In this document: positions 18,608 to 27,715 of the stretch, piece by piece
Position numbering within the stretch: position 1 is the stretch's first letter
Layout: the number at the start of each line of letters is the position of its first letter
Source: Candidatus Latescibacterota bacterium
Lineage (GTDB): Bacteria; Latescibacterota; UBA2968; GCA-2709665
Assembly (NCBI GenBank): GCA_965237675.1
Contig: OZ250150.1
Span: forward strand, 1-64,000
Reading direction: 5' to 3'
Length of the DNA stretch: 64,000 bases
Position numbers and translations under genes: made by a program
The notes under the pieces: model-generated
Seen by the model: the letters and a program-made list of their open reading frames with translations, nothing else
Databases searched by the model: none
What the model was told of the DNA's origin: nothing

Positions 18608-18859
18608 ATGTCGAACAGCAAATCGATAAAGTCGCTGCTGGTTGTTGTCGCGTTCCTGCTGATTGCCAACCTGATTCGGCCGCTCTGGTCCCCGGGCACG
18701 GCCCACGCCCAGAGTGAGGGGGCAGCCCCCGGTGTCGCCATCACCGGCGCGGGCACGAGCGCCTGGATTATTAAGGACAGTTACGTCTACTACGCAGTCT
18801 ATGAAAAGCAGTACGAATCCATCCGCATTTACGGTCCCGAAGAACTGCCGGAAGAGTGA
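18608..18859 (+). CDS. Small exported protein, 83 aa, copy 2
   Basis: Paralog of 15417..15668 with the same SD and leader. Confidence 0.85.
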   Translation: MSNSKSIKSLLVVVAFLLIANLIRPLWSPGTAHAQSEGAAPGVAITGAGTSAWIIKDSYVYYAVYEKQYESIRIYGPEELPEE

Positions 18860-18947
18860 TCGCCGCCATGGGTCGTCATTCGGTATCACCGAAGAGCCGG
18901 TATTGTCGCCCCCGAATCTCCTCCGATCCACATAGCCTGAGGCATCC

Positions 18948-21404
18948 ATGAGGACCTTCCGGGAACAGAACCGGCTCATCGGCACCCTGGTTTTTCTGAT
19001 CACGTGTTTCGTCTACATCCGAACCGTTGCGCCCACGGTATCCTTCTGGGACACCGGTGAATTCATCGTGGCCTCGTACATCCTTGGCGTTTCACATCCG
19101 CCCGGCGCGCCGTTTCATTCCCTCCTGGGCCGCATCTTCACCCTGTTCGCAACTCCCGATAACGTCGCCTTGAGCGTAAACCTGATTTCCGTCCTTTCCG
19201 GCGCCGCGACCGCCCTCCTGTTATACCTATGCAGCGTCCGTCTTCTCGCCCGCTGGCTCAGCCCGGGCCGCGTGGCCGACCGCATCGCCATCCTGACCGG
19301 CGGCGCGGTCGCGGCGTTTTCCGCCGCGTTCTCGACGTCCTTCTGGGCAAATGCCACCGAGGCCGAAGTCTACGCGCTGTCCATGCTGTTCACCGTCCTG
19401 GCGTTCTACCTTGCCCTGCGCTGGGACGACGCACCGGAGGACCGGTATCGAGACCGCCTGCTCATCTTCATCGTCTACCTGTTCTTTCTGGGCGCCGGCG
19501 TGCACCTGCAGTGCCTGCTTACCGTGCCCGGAATCCTCATTCTGGTCTTTTCCAACCTGCTCAAGGATCGTTCCACTTCGGTACAGGCAACCGTCGTAAT
19601 CGGACTTACGGTATTTCCCTTTCTGTGCATCATCTCTCCTTATCAGGAAGTCACCGTCGGACTGGTACTGGCCGTGCTCGCGGCGCTCCTGGTATGGCGC
19701 CCGGCCTGGCGTCATCCCGCGTTCTGGCTTTGCGCCCTGGGGATGATCGCCCTCGGATACTCCACGTACGCCATGCTCTACATCCGTTCGGGCCTGGATC
19801 CCTTCATCGATATGAACAATCCGGAGACCTACGAGAATTTCAAGGCCTTCCTGACCCGGCAGCAATACGGCGTCCACTCCATTTTTCCACGCCGGGGTGA
19901 CTTCTGGGACTTTCAGTTCAACATCCACGTTAAATATTTCCTCCAGCAATTCCCGTTTTACGATCAGGGGCTCGTCGGCCGCTTCTTCTCGGAAACGCTG
20001 CCGTCCTTCACGGAACGTTATTCCATCGGACAGATGCTGGCGGGTACGTTCCGCAGGGCCGTGGCCTCAATGGACGGAAACCGGGAAACCATCACATATT
20101 CGGTTGTGCCCATTCTCCTGGGCGTCGTCGGCGCGGTCAGTCATTTCCGCAGAGACTGGAAGCGCTTCGCCAGCGTGTTCGCCATGTTTCTGCTCATGGG
20201 GCTCGGACTGGTCGTGTATCTTAACATGCCGGACCCCGAACCCCGCGAACGGGAGTACATCTTCGTTGGCGCCTACACGTTCTTCTCCCTGTGGATCGGG
20301 GGCGGGGCCGCCGTGCTCATCAGCGCCGTTGCGCGCGGTCACGCCGCGGTTCCTGCAGCCGCCTTGGCCGCGGTTGTGTGTCTCCTCGTGCCAATCGGGC
20401 TTCTGCAGAACAACTACTTCGAACGCGACCGCAGCGGAGACTTCATTGCGCACGACTACGCCCGGAACATTCTGAGTTCCTGCGAACCCGACGCCATCCT
20501 CTTCACCAACGGAGACAACGACACCTATCCGTTGTGGTTTCTCCAATATGTCAAGGGGTTTCGCCGGGATGTCCGTGTGGTCAACCTCAGCCTGCTCAGA
20601 ACGCCGTGGTACGCCAAACAGCTGCGCGACGTGGAGCCCAGGCTTCCCATCCAGATGACGAATGCGCTCATTGAAAAGCGTGTGACGAACTATCACTGGC
20701 GCGAACGACGCGACATCGCGCTCGCCGAAAGCACGATTATCGTCAAGGCCGAAGACATCCCCCTCATCGAATTCCCGGTGGGCAACCGGCGCGGGGGCAT
20801 CGTGGAATCCCACACCTTCATGATCTGGTACCTGGTTCACCGGAACAACTGGCAACGCCCGTTATATTTCGCGGTTACGGTTCCCGATCACAACAGGGGA
20901 GGTCTAAGTTCCTATCTGTCCATGGAAGGCATGGTGTACCGTCTCGTCAGGCAGCGCCCCCCCCGACAATTCGACGCCGTACTGACCTCCCGGCATCTGC
21001 TTGAGAATTACCGCTATACAGGCATTGCGGATCCCGATGTCTACAAGGACCTGGTCGCCAGTCGCCTCATCGGCAATTACCTGATCTTCTTCAAAGGCCT
21101 GGTGCGTGCGCTGCATCTCCAGAACCGGCGGTCCGAAGCCCTTCGAATCATCAGGGTCGCGGAGAGCACCATCCCTCCCCATGCCGTAGGACACGTGTTT
21201 TGGTACTCGCTGATGCACGACAGTTACTGGAATCTTGCCGCCAGCTTTCTAAGTGCCGGAAAAAGGGACAGCGCCATCCTCTGCCTCGAGGAACTGATTC
21301 GCCTCAGTCCCCACGAGGAAGAACGAAATCGCCTCCGTGAGCATATCGAATCCTTGCAGACACCGCCCGAACCGGAAGCGGAGGCCGACGCGCCGGGCAG
21401 ATAG
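18948..21404 (+). CDS. DUF2723 / TMEM260-like GT-C glycosyltransferase, copy 2
   Basis: Same motifs as copy 1 (WDTGEF, HPPGAP, EAEVY, FTNGDNDTYPLW); collinear paralog. Confidence 0.9.
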   Translation: MRTFREQNRLIGTLVFLITCFVYIRTVAPTVSFWDTGEFIVASYILGVSHPPGAPFHSLLGRIFTLFATPDNVALSVNLISVLSGAATALLLYLCSVRLLARWLSPGRVADRIAILTGGAVAAFSAAFSTSFWANATEAEVYALSMLFTVLAFYLALRWDDAPEDRYRDRLLIFIVYLFFLGAGVHLQCLLTVPGILILVFSNLLKDRSTSVQATVVIGLTVFPFLCIISPYQEVTVGLVLAVLAALLVWRPAWRHPAFWLCALGMIALGYSTYAMLYIRSGLDPFIDMNNPETYENFKAFLTRQQYGVHSIFPRRGDFWDFQFNIHVKYFLQQFPFYDQGLVGRFFSETLPSFTERYSIGQMLAGTFRRAVASMDGNRETITYSVVPILLGVVGAVSHFRRDWKRFASVFAMFLLMGLGLVVYLNMPDPEPREREYIFVGAYTFFSLWIGGGAAVLISAVARGHAAVPAAALAAVVCLLVPIGLLQNNYFERDRSGDFIAHDYARNILSSCEPDAILFTNGDNDTYPLWFLQYVKGFRRDVRVVNLSLLRTPWYAKQLRDVEPRLPIQMTNALIEKRVTNYHWRERRDIALAESTIIVKAEDIPLIEFPVGNRRGGIVESHTFMIWYLVHRNNWQRPLYFAVTVPDHNRGGLSSYLSMEGMVYRLVRQRPPRQFDAVLTSRHLLENYRYTGIADPDVYKDLVASRLIGNYLIFFKGLVRALHLQNRRSEALRIIRVAESTIPPHAVGHVFWYSLMHDSYWNLAASFLSAGKRDSAILCLEELIRLSPHEEERNRLREHIESLQTPPEPEAEADAPGR

Positions 21405-21432
21405 GCGAACACATGCCTCTCTCCAGGAAATT

Positions 21433-21470
21433 AAAGGGCCGCCCTATGATTCAGGCGGCCCTTTCGTGTG
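21433..21470. terminator. Probable bidirectional terminator between DUF2723 and rhomboid
   Basis: AAAGGGCCGCC / GGCGGCCCTTT inverted repeat between convergent genes. Confidence 0.75.
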
Positions 21471-21495
21471 ACAACTCTCGATGAGGCGCAGACTC

Positions 21496-22176
21496 CTAGA
21501 CCCGTTTGAACCGACCCGTGTGCCAGCGCATCACCAGATACCCTGCAACAAACCCGCCGATATGGGCAAACCAGGCTACGCCGCCGCTCACTCCGCCCGA
21601 TTCGGCCGAAGCGTTCACCAGCTGGATAATAAACCAGACACCCAGAACCAGCAACGCGGGCACACGCACAATCTGGATAAAAAAGAGCAGAAAGACGAAA
21701 ACATGCACCCGTGCCCGCGGAAAGCGCGCCAGATAGGCACCCAGGATTCCCGCAATCGCGCCGCTGGCGCCCACCATGGGTGTTGTCGAGTCAGGATCCG
21801 AGACAACGTGGCCGAGCGCAGCCGCCACACCACAGAAAACGTAGAATAGCAGAAATCGCAACCGCCCCAGCACGTCTTCGACGTTGTTCCCGAAAATCCA
21901 GAGATAGAGCATGTTTCCGCCCAGATGCATCCAGCCACCGTGCATGAACATCGCCGTAAAGAACGTGAGATACAGTGGGATCGGCGTTGGCGATATGGCA
22001 TCCACGCCATGGCTGACTTCAAACGGAATCAAACCCATCCGCAGCGTAAATATGTCGAAGCCGACGGAACCCAGGGCAATGGAATATAAATAAACGCCCA
22101 CGTTCAGCAGCAGGATGCTCACCGTCAACACCGGGGTGCGGCGCGTCGGATTGTCATCTTTGATCGGGAGTATCAT
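21496..22176 (-). CDS. Rhomboid-family intramembrane serine protease
   Basis: MILPIKDDNPT start, HGGWMHLGGNM, catalytic GASG and AWFAHIGG. Start moved to 22176. Confidence 0.92.
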   Translation of the reverse strand: MILPIKDDNPTRRTPVLTVSILLLNVGVYLYSIALGSVGFDIFTLRMGLIPFEVSHGVDAISPTPIPLYLTFFTAMFMHGGWMHLGGNMLYLWIFGNNVEDVLGRLRFLLFYVFCGVAAALGHVVSDPDSTTPMVGASGAIAGILGAYLARFPRARVHVFVFLLFFIQIVRVPALLVLGVWFIIQLVNASAESGGVSGGVAWFAHIGGFVAGYLVMRWHTGRFKRV

Positions 22177-22312
22177 CCCTGTTTCGACTCGTGTCTGAAA
22201 TTCAACTCTCGTGTCCACGGTCCCGAAATCCGGAACCGTTACTGACCATGGAACCCGACATGGGCGTCCGACGGCCCGTCGACCGTACACCCTTCCGACG
22301 GGCGACGATCGT

Positions 22313-24595
22313 CTATCGTACCGTGAACAAACGCACCGCCCGGGCCCGGTTGCCGCAGGCATCCGTCACCGTTACCTCCAACTTGTGGCTTCCGGGCGGG
22401 AGCGGCTGCCTCGGCTGGGCCTTCACCTCTCCCGTGTCAGGGTCATATTCCGCGATCAACGGTTTTCCATCCAGACGCAGGAGAATATCCTCCTCTCGCC
22501 GGATGCCGGAACCCGAGTCGCGAATCCTGGCGACAAGCACCGGCCGTCTCTGTGCGAGCGTTGCACGCGACTCCGGGCGCAGGATTCTCACGCGCGGAGG
22601 CGTCTCGTCCAGCAACAGCGCATAGGTGGAGAAACTCGGGACATCCGCAGCCACGGCACGGCGCTCCGGCTCGGCGCGGTTGCCCACAAATACCCAGGCT
22701 CCGCCCTTCGTTAACCGATAGATGCCCAGGCGCTCCGGCTTGCTGAAGTCCGCCGAATATCGTAGGATGATTTCGGCCTTGCGCCGGAACGGCACATCCT
22801 CCGGCGTAAACCGGTAACGCGATCCGACCAGCGGCGGACGCTTCGTTCCCTTGCCGGGAGCGGAAGCGATTCGACCGAAAAAAGGCTGGTAGACTTCGGC
22901 GGCGTCAAAACGGGCTTCCGCCATGCCGTCCGGCGAACGAACCACCCCGCCCGTTCGGCGTACCGGCGTCTGGAACAGGCGAACCTCCCGGCGTCCCGTC
23001 TTGCCCTTCAGATCGACCGCGGACAGGACTGCCCCGACCTCACCGTCCACGGCCGGATCGAAGCGTACCACGGTCTCGTATCGGTACAGGCTCCGCTGAA
23101 AAACCTCCGGCGTCGTCTCGCTATTGGTGGGCCAACGCATGGTCACCCGCGGCGCCGTCGACAGCAGGCGTTTGGAAACCATCTTCAGCACGGCGAAGTC
23201 CGGATAATAACGCACGGTGCATGCCAGCAGGTCTCCCTGCGCCACGCTCGCCGGCACCGGAAACGGCGCACAGACCTGAAAGCCTTCCGACTCGAAACGA
23301 TCCCGGCCGCGCACCCTGTAGACCGCATTGGGGGTGTTGGGGAATTCCGCGTCAACCCGGCCGGACGCATCGACGTCGACACGGCGCACGAGACGCCAGG
23401 ATCGGCCGCCATTCAGAGACCGTTCCACAACAACACTTTGTAAATTCTCGTCCCGTACCCTCGCCTGGACCCGTACCGACCGACCATTCAATTCCGCGCG
23501 GGCGTCCAGTACGCGAGGAACGGCATTGACGATGACTTCGAAATCCGCGCGGGATCGGTTGCCGGCCACGTCTTCAACCACCACCCGGATGCGATTCCTG
23601 CCGGGGTCCAGACCCACGCCACGATCCGAGGGCGGAATCCCCGCGTGCAGGACACCGTCTCCAACCCTGTACTTCCCGTACATTGGAAGCTGATTCCCGG
23701 CGGACCGGTATAAGTTGTGAAAAATGCCGGCACCACGTCTTTTCAGAACGAAATTGCGATCCAGTTCGACCTGGTTGACCTGGTCGTACCCGAAGATTGT
23801 ATATTGGGTCTCGAAAACTTCCCGATCGTTGACGAACAGCCTCAAACGGTACGGAGCGAACCGGTTGCTGAGCACGGTGGCATCGGCCTGGTCGTACGTT
23901 TTGACACCCACGCCGATGCGCCCGGTTATGGTCGGTACTCGCCGCGCAACGTAGCGTTTCAGCTTCGGGCGCCACTGCACGCCGAACACCACGGGATCAA
24001 CGCCGTCCGAAACCCGCGATTCCGCGTTCATCGGGACCAGAGCCAGGGACTTTATGGTCGGCGCGACGGTATCTTTCACCTCGAATCCGTGAAGCAGCCC
24101 GTTGATCGGCCGCTGATTCCTGTCCCGGATCTCGAAATGCAAATGAGGCACGCCGCTGCCGGTACTGCCGGAATATCCGACAGTCTCCCCGCGTTGGACC
24201 TGGATCTGGTTCGGCTTAAAGAAAAGATTGACGCTATAAAAACCCCGTCGCACCTGTTCCTCCTCGACAACGGCCTGAACCGCGGGCGCAAAAGCCGAAA
24301 GATGCGCATAGACCGCCGTGCGGCCGTCCTTCAACCTGATATAGACCACTTTTCCATATCCCCACGGCGAGGTTCTCACGCGCCAGACGTAACCGTTGTC
24401 AACCGCCAGCACCGGGTAACCTTCCTTCCCCCACGTCTTCAGATCCAGCCCCGCATGGAAGCGCCTCGGCCGATACTCTCCAAAGGAAGAATTCAGCGCG
24501 GGAGGCGCCGCCATAGGCCAATGGTAATCACCGGCTTCTGCGATACCGGAATCCATAAGGCAAAGAACCGATACAACCAGGATTGTACGCAACAT
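22313..24595 (-). CDS. M23-family metallopeptidase with C-terminal beta-sandwich domains
   Basis: Signal peptide; SSFGEYR..RFHAGLD, YAHL, SGSTG..PHLHFEIR. Confidence 0.88.
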   Translation of the reverse strand: MLRTILVVSVLCLMDSGIAEAGDYHWPMAAPPALNSSFGEYRPRRFHAGLDLKTWGKEGYPVLAVDNGYVWRVRTSPWGYGKVVYIRLKDGRTAVYAHLSAFAPAVQAVVEEEQVRRGFYSVNLFFKPNQIQVQRGETVGYSGSTGSGVPHLHFEIRDRNQRPINGLLHGFEVKDTVAPTIKSLALVPMNAESRVSDGVDPVVFGVQWRPKLKRYVARRVPTITGRIGVGVKTYDQADATVLSNRFAPYRLRLFVNDREVFETQYTIFGYDQVNQVELDRNFVLKRRGAGIFHNLYRSAGNQLPMYGKYRVGDGVLHAGIPPSDRGVGLDPGRNRIRVVVEDVAGNRSRADFEVIVNAVPRVLDARAELNGRSVRVQARVRDENLQSVVVERSLNGGRSWRLVRRVDVDASGRVDAEFPNTPNAVYRVRGRDRFESEGFQVCAPFPVPASVAQGDLLACTVRYYPDFAVLKMVSKRLLSTAPRVTMRWPTNSETTPEVFQRSLYRYETVVRFDPAVDGEVGAVLSAVDLKGKTGRREVRLFQTPVRRTGGVVRSPDGMAEARFDAAEVYQPFFGRIASAPGKGTKRPPLVGSRYRFTPEDVPFRRKAEIILRYSADFSKPERLGIYRLTKGGAWVFVGNRAEPERRAVAADVPSFSTYALLLDETPPRVRILRPESRATLAQRRPVLVARIRDSGSGIRREEDILLRLDGKPLIAEYDPDTGEVKAQPRQPLPPGSHKLEVTVTDACGNRARAVRLFTVR

Positions 24596-24654
24596 TGTCA
24601 GACCTCCGCGCCCGATAATGTAAGCGGTTAATTCTTCCGGAATACACGCGACTC

Positions 24655-24683
24655 AGTATAGGTATTTTGTCGGCTGCGGTCAA
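24655..24683 (-). promoter_or_regulatory. Putative sigma70 promoter of the M23 gene
   Basis: Minus strand TTGACC-N17-TATACT. Confidence 0.6.
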
Positions 24684-24872
24684 GCGTGCGTCAACTATTT
24701 TCGCGCAGAGAAAAAAAGCTTGCCTGCAAACGCTCCTTCCTATAATTTATTGTGTTGTTATGTAGTTATTCCGAAAATTCCAATCCGGAATTTTTGTATC
24801 CGGCCATTGGCCCTGGGCGTTCGTCGCCCGTACATGCTGCCTTCTTTCCATCCTCCGGAGGGTGTTCATCCC

Positions 24873-26693
24873 ATGCTCAACAGCCTGCGCAATGTGGTTC
24901 TGATCAAGGCCATGATGTGGATCGTAGCCATATCCTTTGTAGCGCTCATGGTCTTCGACTGGGGAGCCGGCGGTGTGACCTGCGCCGGACCGGGAGATAC
25001 CGTGGGCGTAATCAACGGTCATAGGATCAGCCACCAGCAATTCGTCGAAGCCCTCCGTGACGCCTCACGCCAGGCCAAAGCGCGGAACAATGCCGAACCG
25101 GAGGAGAGCCAGCTCATCCGCCAGATCTGGGACCAGATGGTCGCCCAGATCCTGTATGCCCAGCAGATCGAAAAATACGATATCGCGGTCGCCGATACGG
25201 AGGTCAACTTTATCAACCGGAATCAGCCGGTTGAATGGGTGCGGAACCAGGAAGTATTTCAGACCGACGGCAATTTCGATCCTCAAAAATACGGCAGGTT
25301 CCTGGACGATCCCGGCACGTACGCGAGTCCCGAAAGGAAGCAGTTCGTACTCAGCGCCGAATATGCCGTCCGACAGGCCGTGCTTATCAGCAAGCTCCAG
25401 GAGATGGTCGCCGGCGGGGTAAGGGTCACGTCGGCGGAGATCCGAGAAGCCTATACGCGACAGAATGAGAAAGTCCGCGTCGCCTACGCGGTCATCGAGG
25501 CATATTCGGTCGCGGACTCTCTGGTTTCCGTTTCGGACGACCGGATTCGGGCCTATTACGACGGCCATATGAATGAATTTCAACGGGAAGCGGCCGTCAA
25601 CGCTTCTTTTGTCACCTTCGAAAAGAAACCTTCCGCGGTCGATGAAGCCAATACCGAAGCCGAAATCCGCGACCTGCTCGCCGAAATTCGCGCCGGCGGC
25701 GATTTCGCCGCGCTGGCCGAAAGCAATTCAGATGATCCCGGCAGCGGGGGGAGGGGCGGGGATCTGGGGTTCTTCGCGCGCGGAAGAATGGTCAAACCCT
25801 TTGAGGACGCCGCCTTCTCCCTCAACCCGGGCGATATCTCCGAACCCTTAAGAACCCAGTTTGGATGGCATATTCTCAAGGTCGAAGAACGCAAGGGCGA
25901 GGGAGATGGGCTCCAGGTCCGCGCCAGGCACATCCTGCTGAAAATCCAGCCCGGTAGGGACACTCTGGACAGTCTTCGTCTCGAAGCCGAACGCTTCCAG
26001 GAATGGGCGGTAGAATCGGATTTTGAGACGGCGGTGGCCGAACAGAACCTGCAGGCTCAAGACACCGGGTTCATCACCGCCGGCGGCTTCTTCCCCATGT
26101 TGGGCAATCGGACGTCCGGGCTGGTCAATACTTTTCTCAACGCTTCTCCGGGCAGAATCTCACCCACCCACGAAACCGAACAGGGCATCTATATCTTTAC
26201 CCTAACGGCCAAACGCGAGGCCGGTCACCAGCCGCTGGACGAGGTTCACAATCGCATTTCGACCAAGCTCAGGACAACGGAGAAAGTCGACATCGCAGCG
26301 GCGCGTATAGCGCCGTTGCGCGCGGACGTACGGTCGGGGGAGAGCCTGACAGCAGCGGCGCGCAATCGCGATATTCGCTTTGCCGAGTCCAAACTCTTCG
26401 GCCGCGACGACTTCGTTCAGGGCGTCGGCCGAAGAAACGCCTTTACCGGCACGGCCTTCCGCCTTAAAACGGGGACAATCAGCGACGTGGTCACCACGGA
26501 CCGGGGCGCATACGTGCTGCAGTTACTGGAAAAAGAGGCGATTGACGAAGACGCACTCAAGGCGGAGGGGCCAAAGCTGGTTCAGCGCCTGCGGGGGCAA
26601 AAACAGAACGAAGTCCTGGCGTCCTGGTTCAGTGATCTCAAAGAACAGGCGGAAATCATCGACAATCGGCATCTCTTTTACCCGAACTTTTGA
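24873..26693 (+). CDS. PpiD/SurA-like peptidyl-prolyl isomerase (parvulin) foldase
   Basis: N-terminal TM anchor; FAALAESNSDDPGS..RGGDLGFF..GRMVKPFEDAAF, TQFGWHILKV, ARHIL; SD GGAGG before ATG 24873. Confidence 0.88.
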   Translation: MLNSLRNVVLIKAMMWIVAISFVALMVFDWGAGGVTCAGPGDTVGVINGHRISHQQFVEALRDASRQAKARNNAEPEESQLIRQIWDQMVAQILYAQQIEKYDIAVADTEVNFINRNQPVEWVRNQEVFQTDGNFDPQKYGRFLDDPGTYASPERKQFVLSAEYAVRQAVLISKLQEMVAGGVRVTSAEIREAYTRQNEKVRVAYAVIEAYSVADSLVSVSDDRIRAYYDGHMNEFQREAAVNASFVTFEKKPSAVDEANTEAEIRDLLAEIRAGGDFAALAESNSDDPGSGGRGGDLGFFARGRMVKPFEDAAFSLNPGDISEPLRTQFGWHILKVEERKGEGDGLQVRARHILLKIQPGRDTLDSLRLEAERFQEWAVESDFETAVAEQNLQAQDTGFITAGGFFPMLGNRTSGLVNTFLNASPGRISPTHETEQGIYIFTLTAKREAGHQPLDEVHNRISTKLRTTEKVDIAAARIAPLRADVRSGESLTAAARNRDIRFAESKLFGRDDFVQGVGRRNAFTGTAFRLKTGTISDVVTTDRGAYVLQLLEKEAIDEDALKAEGPKLVQRLRGQKQNEVLASWFSDLKEQAEIIDNRHLFYPNF

Positions 26694-26753
26694 GCGGAGA
26701 CGGGCAAGTCTGCGCGCACCTGAATTGCCGCCCGGCCGCACAGGATGACATGC

Positions 26754-27452
26754 ATGGCCGTTATCACCATCTCACGCCAGCTCGGCAGTATCGGAGATCT
26801 GGTTGCCCGCCGGGCATCCGAGGTTCTCGGCTACGACCTCGTGGATAAGAACCTCATAACGGAAGTCGCGAGGGAAGCCAATGTGCCCGAATCCGAAGTC
26901 GAAAGGTTCGACGAGCAAACGCAGAGCGCGGTCAGACGATTCATCCATAGCCTGATCGTTCCGTCGCGCTCCGTTCCGACACCCCCTGCCATGCTATGGG
27001 GGCTGGAGTTTCCTTACGAAGTCTCGGCCACGCTTCTGGCCAACGACGCGACCGTCAAAGAGGAAAAACACCTCCTGGACCAACCGGACTATCTCAGATT
27101 TCTTCAGGCCACCGTCGATCGCCTCCGGAGACGAGACAGGGTCATCATCGTGGGTCGCGGCGGCCAGGCCATCCTTCGGGATGCCCCCGATACCCTGCAT
27201 GTCCGCACCGTGGCCCCTCTGGAGAAACGCATCCAGGTCGTCGTGGAACGGCAAAACCTGCGTACCCGGAAGGAGGCCAGAGAACTGATCCAGAAAAGCG
27301 ATAGACGGCGGGCCGCCTACCTCAGAGACAACTACCACCTCAACTGGGACGATCCGGCACTCTATCACGTCGTTGTGAATACCGGCCGTACATCCCTCGA
27401 ATCCGCAGCCCGAATCATCCAGCACTCCGTCAACGCCCTCGATCATGCCTGA
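26754..27452 (+). CDS. Cytidylate kinase-like family protein
   Basis: VITISRQLGS.G, IIVGRGG, SDRRRAAY, YHVVVNT. Confidence 0.85.
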   Translation: MAVITISRQLGSIGDLVARRASEVLGYDLVDKNLITEVAREANVPESEVERFDEQTQSAVRRFIHSLIVPSRSVPTPPAMLWGLEFPYEVSATLLANDATVKEEKHLLDQPDYLRFLQATVDRLRRRDRVIIVGRGGQAILRDAPDTLHVRTVAPLEKRIQVVVERQNLRTRKEARELIQKSDRRRAAYLRDNYHLNWDDPALYHVVVNTGRTSLESAARIIQHSVNALDHA

Positions 27453-27715
27453 GAACGCCGACGGATGCCCCCGGCGCCTTCATCTGCCACGTAACGATTG
27501 TCTAACACTGAGCCGGGCCGAAACAGACTGCAAAAACGGCCTCCGTGACGCATCCGGAGCCCGTTTTCTTTTTGACGGTCTCGCGCATTGCCCACGCTTT
27601 GCCCTTGACTTGCCCGCACCTATCGTACATTCCTACCGCACGCGCTATCCGCCCGGACCATTGGCTCGCTGCCGCCATTCCCGTCGAACACGTCGATTAC
27701 CCGAGGTATCGATCG

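Noticed and set aside
15417-18859. The 83-aa proteins as RiPP precursors
   Set aside because: The leader looks like a Sec signal (AxA site), there is no Cys, and no RiPP maturase, peptidase-transporter or RRE gene is nearby.
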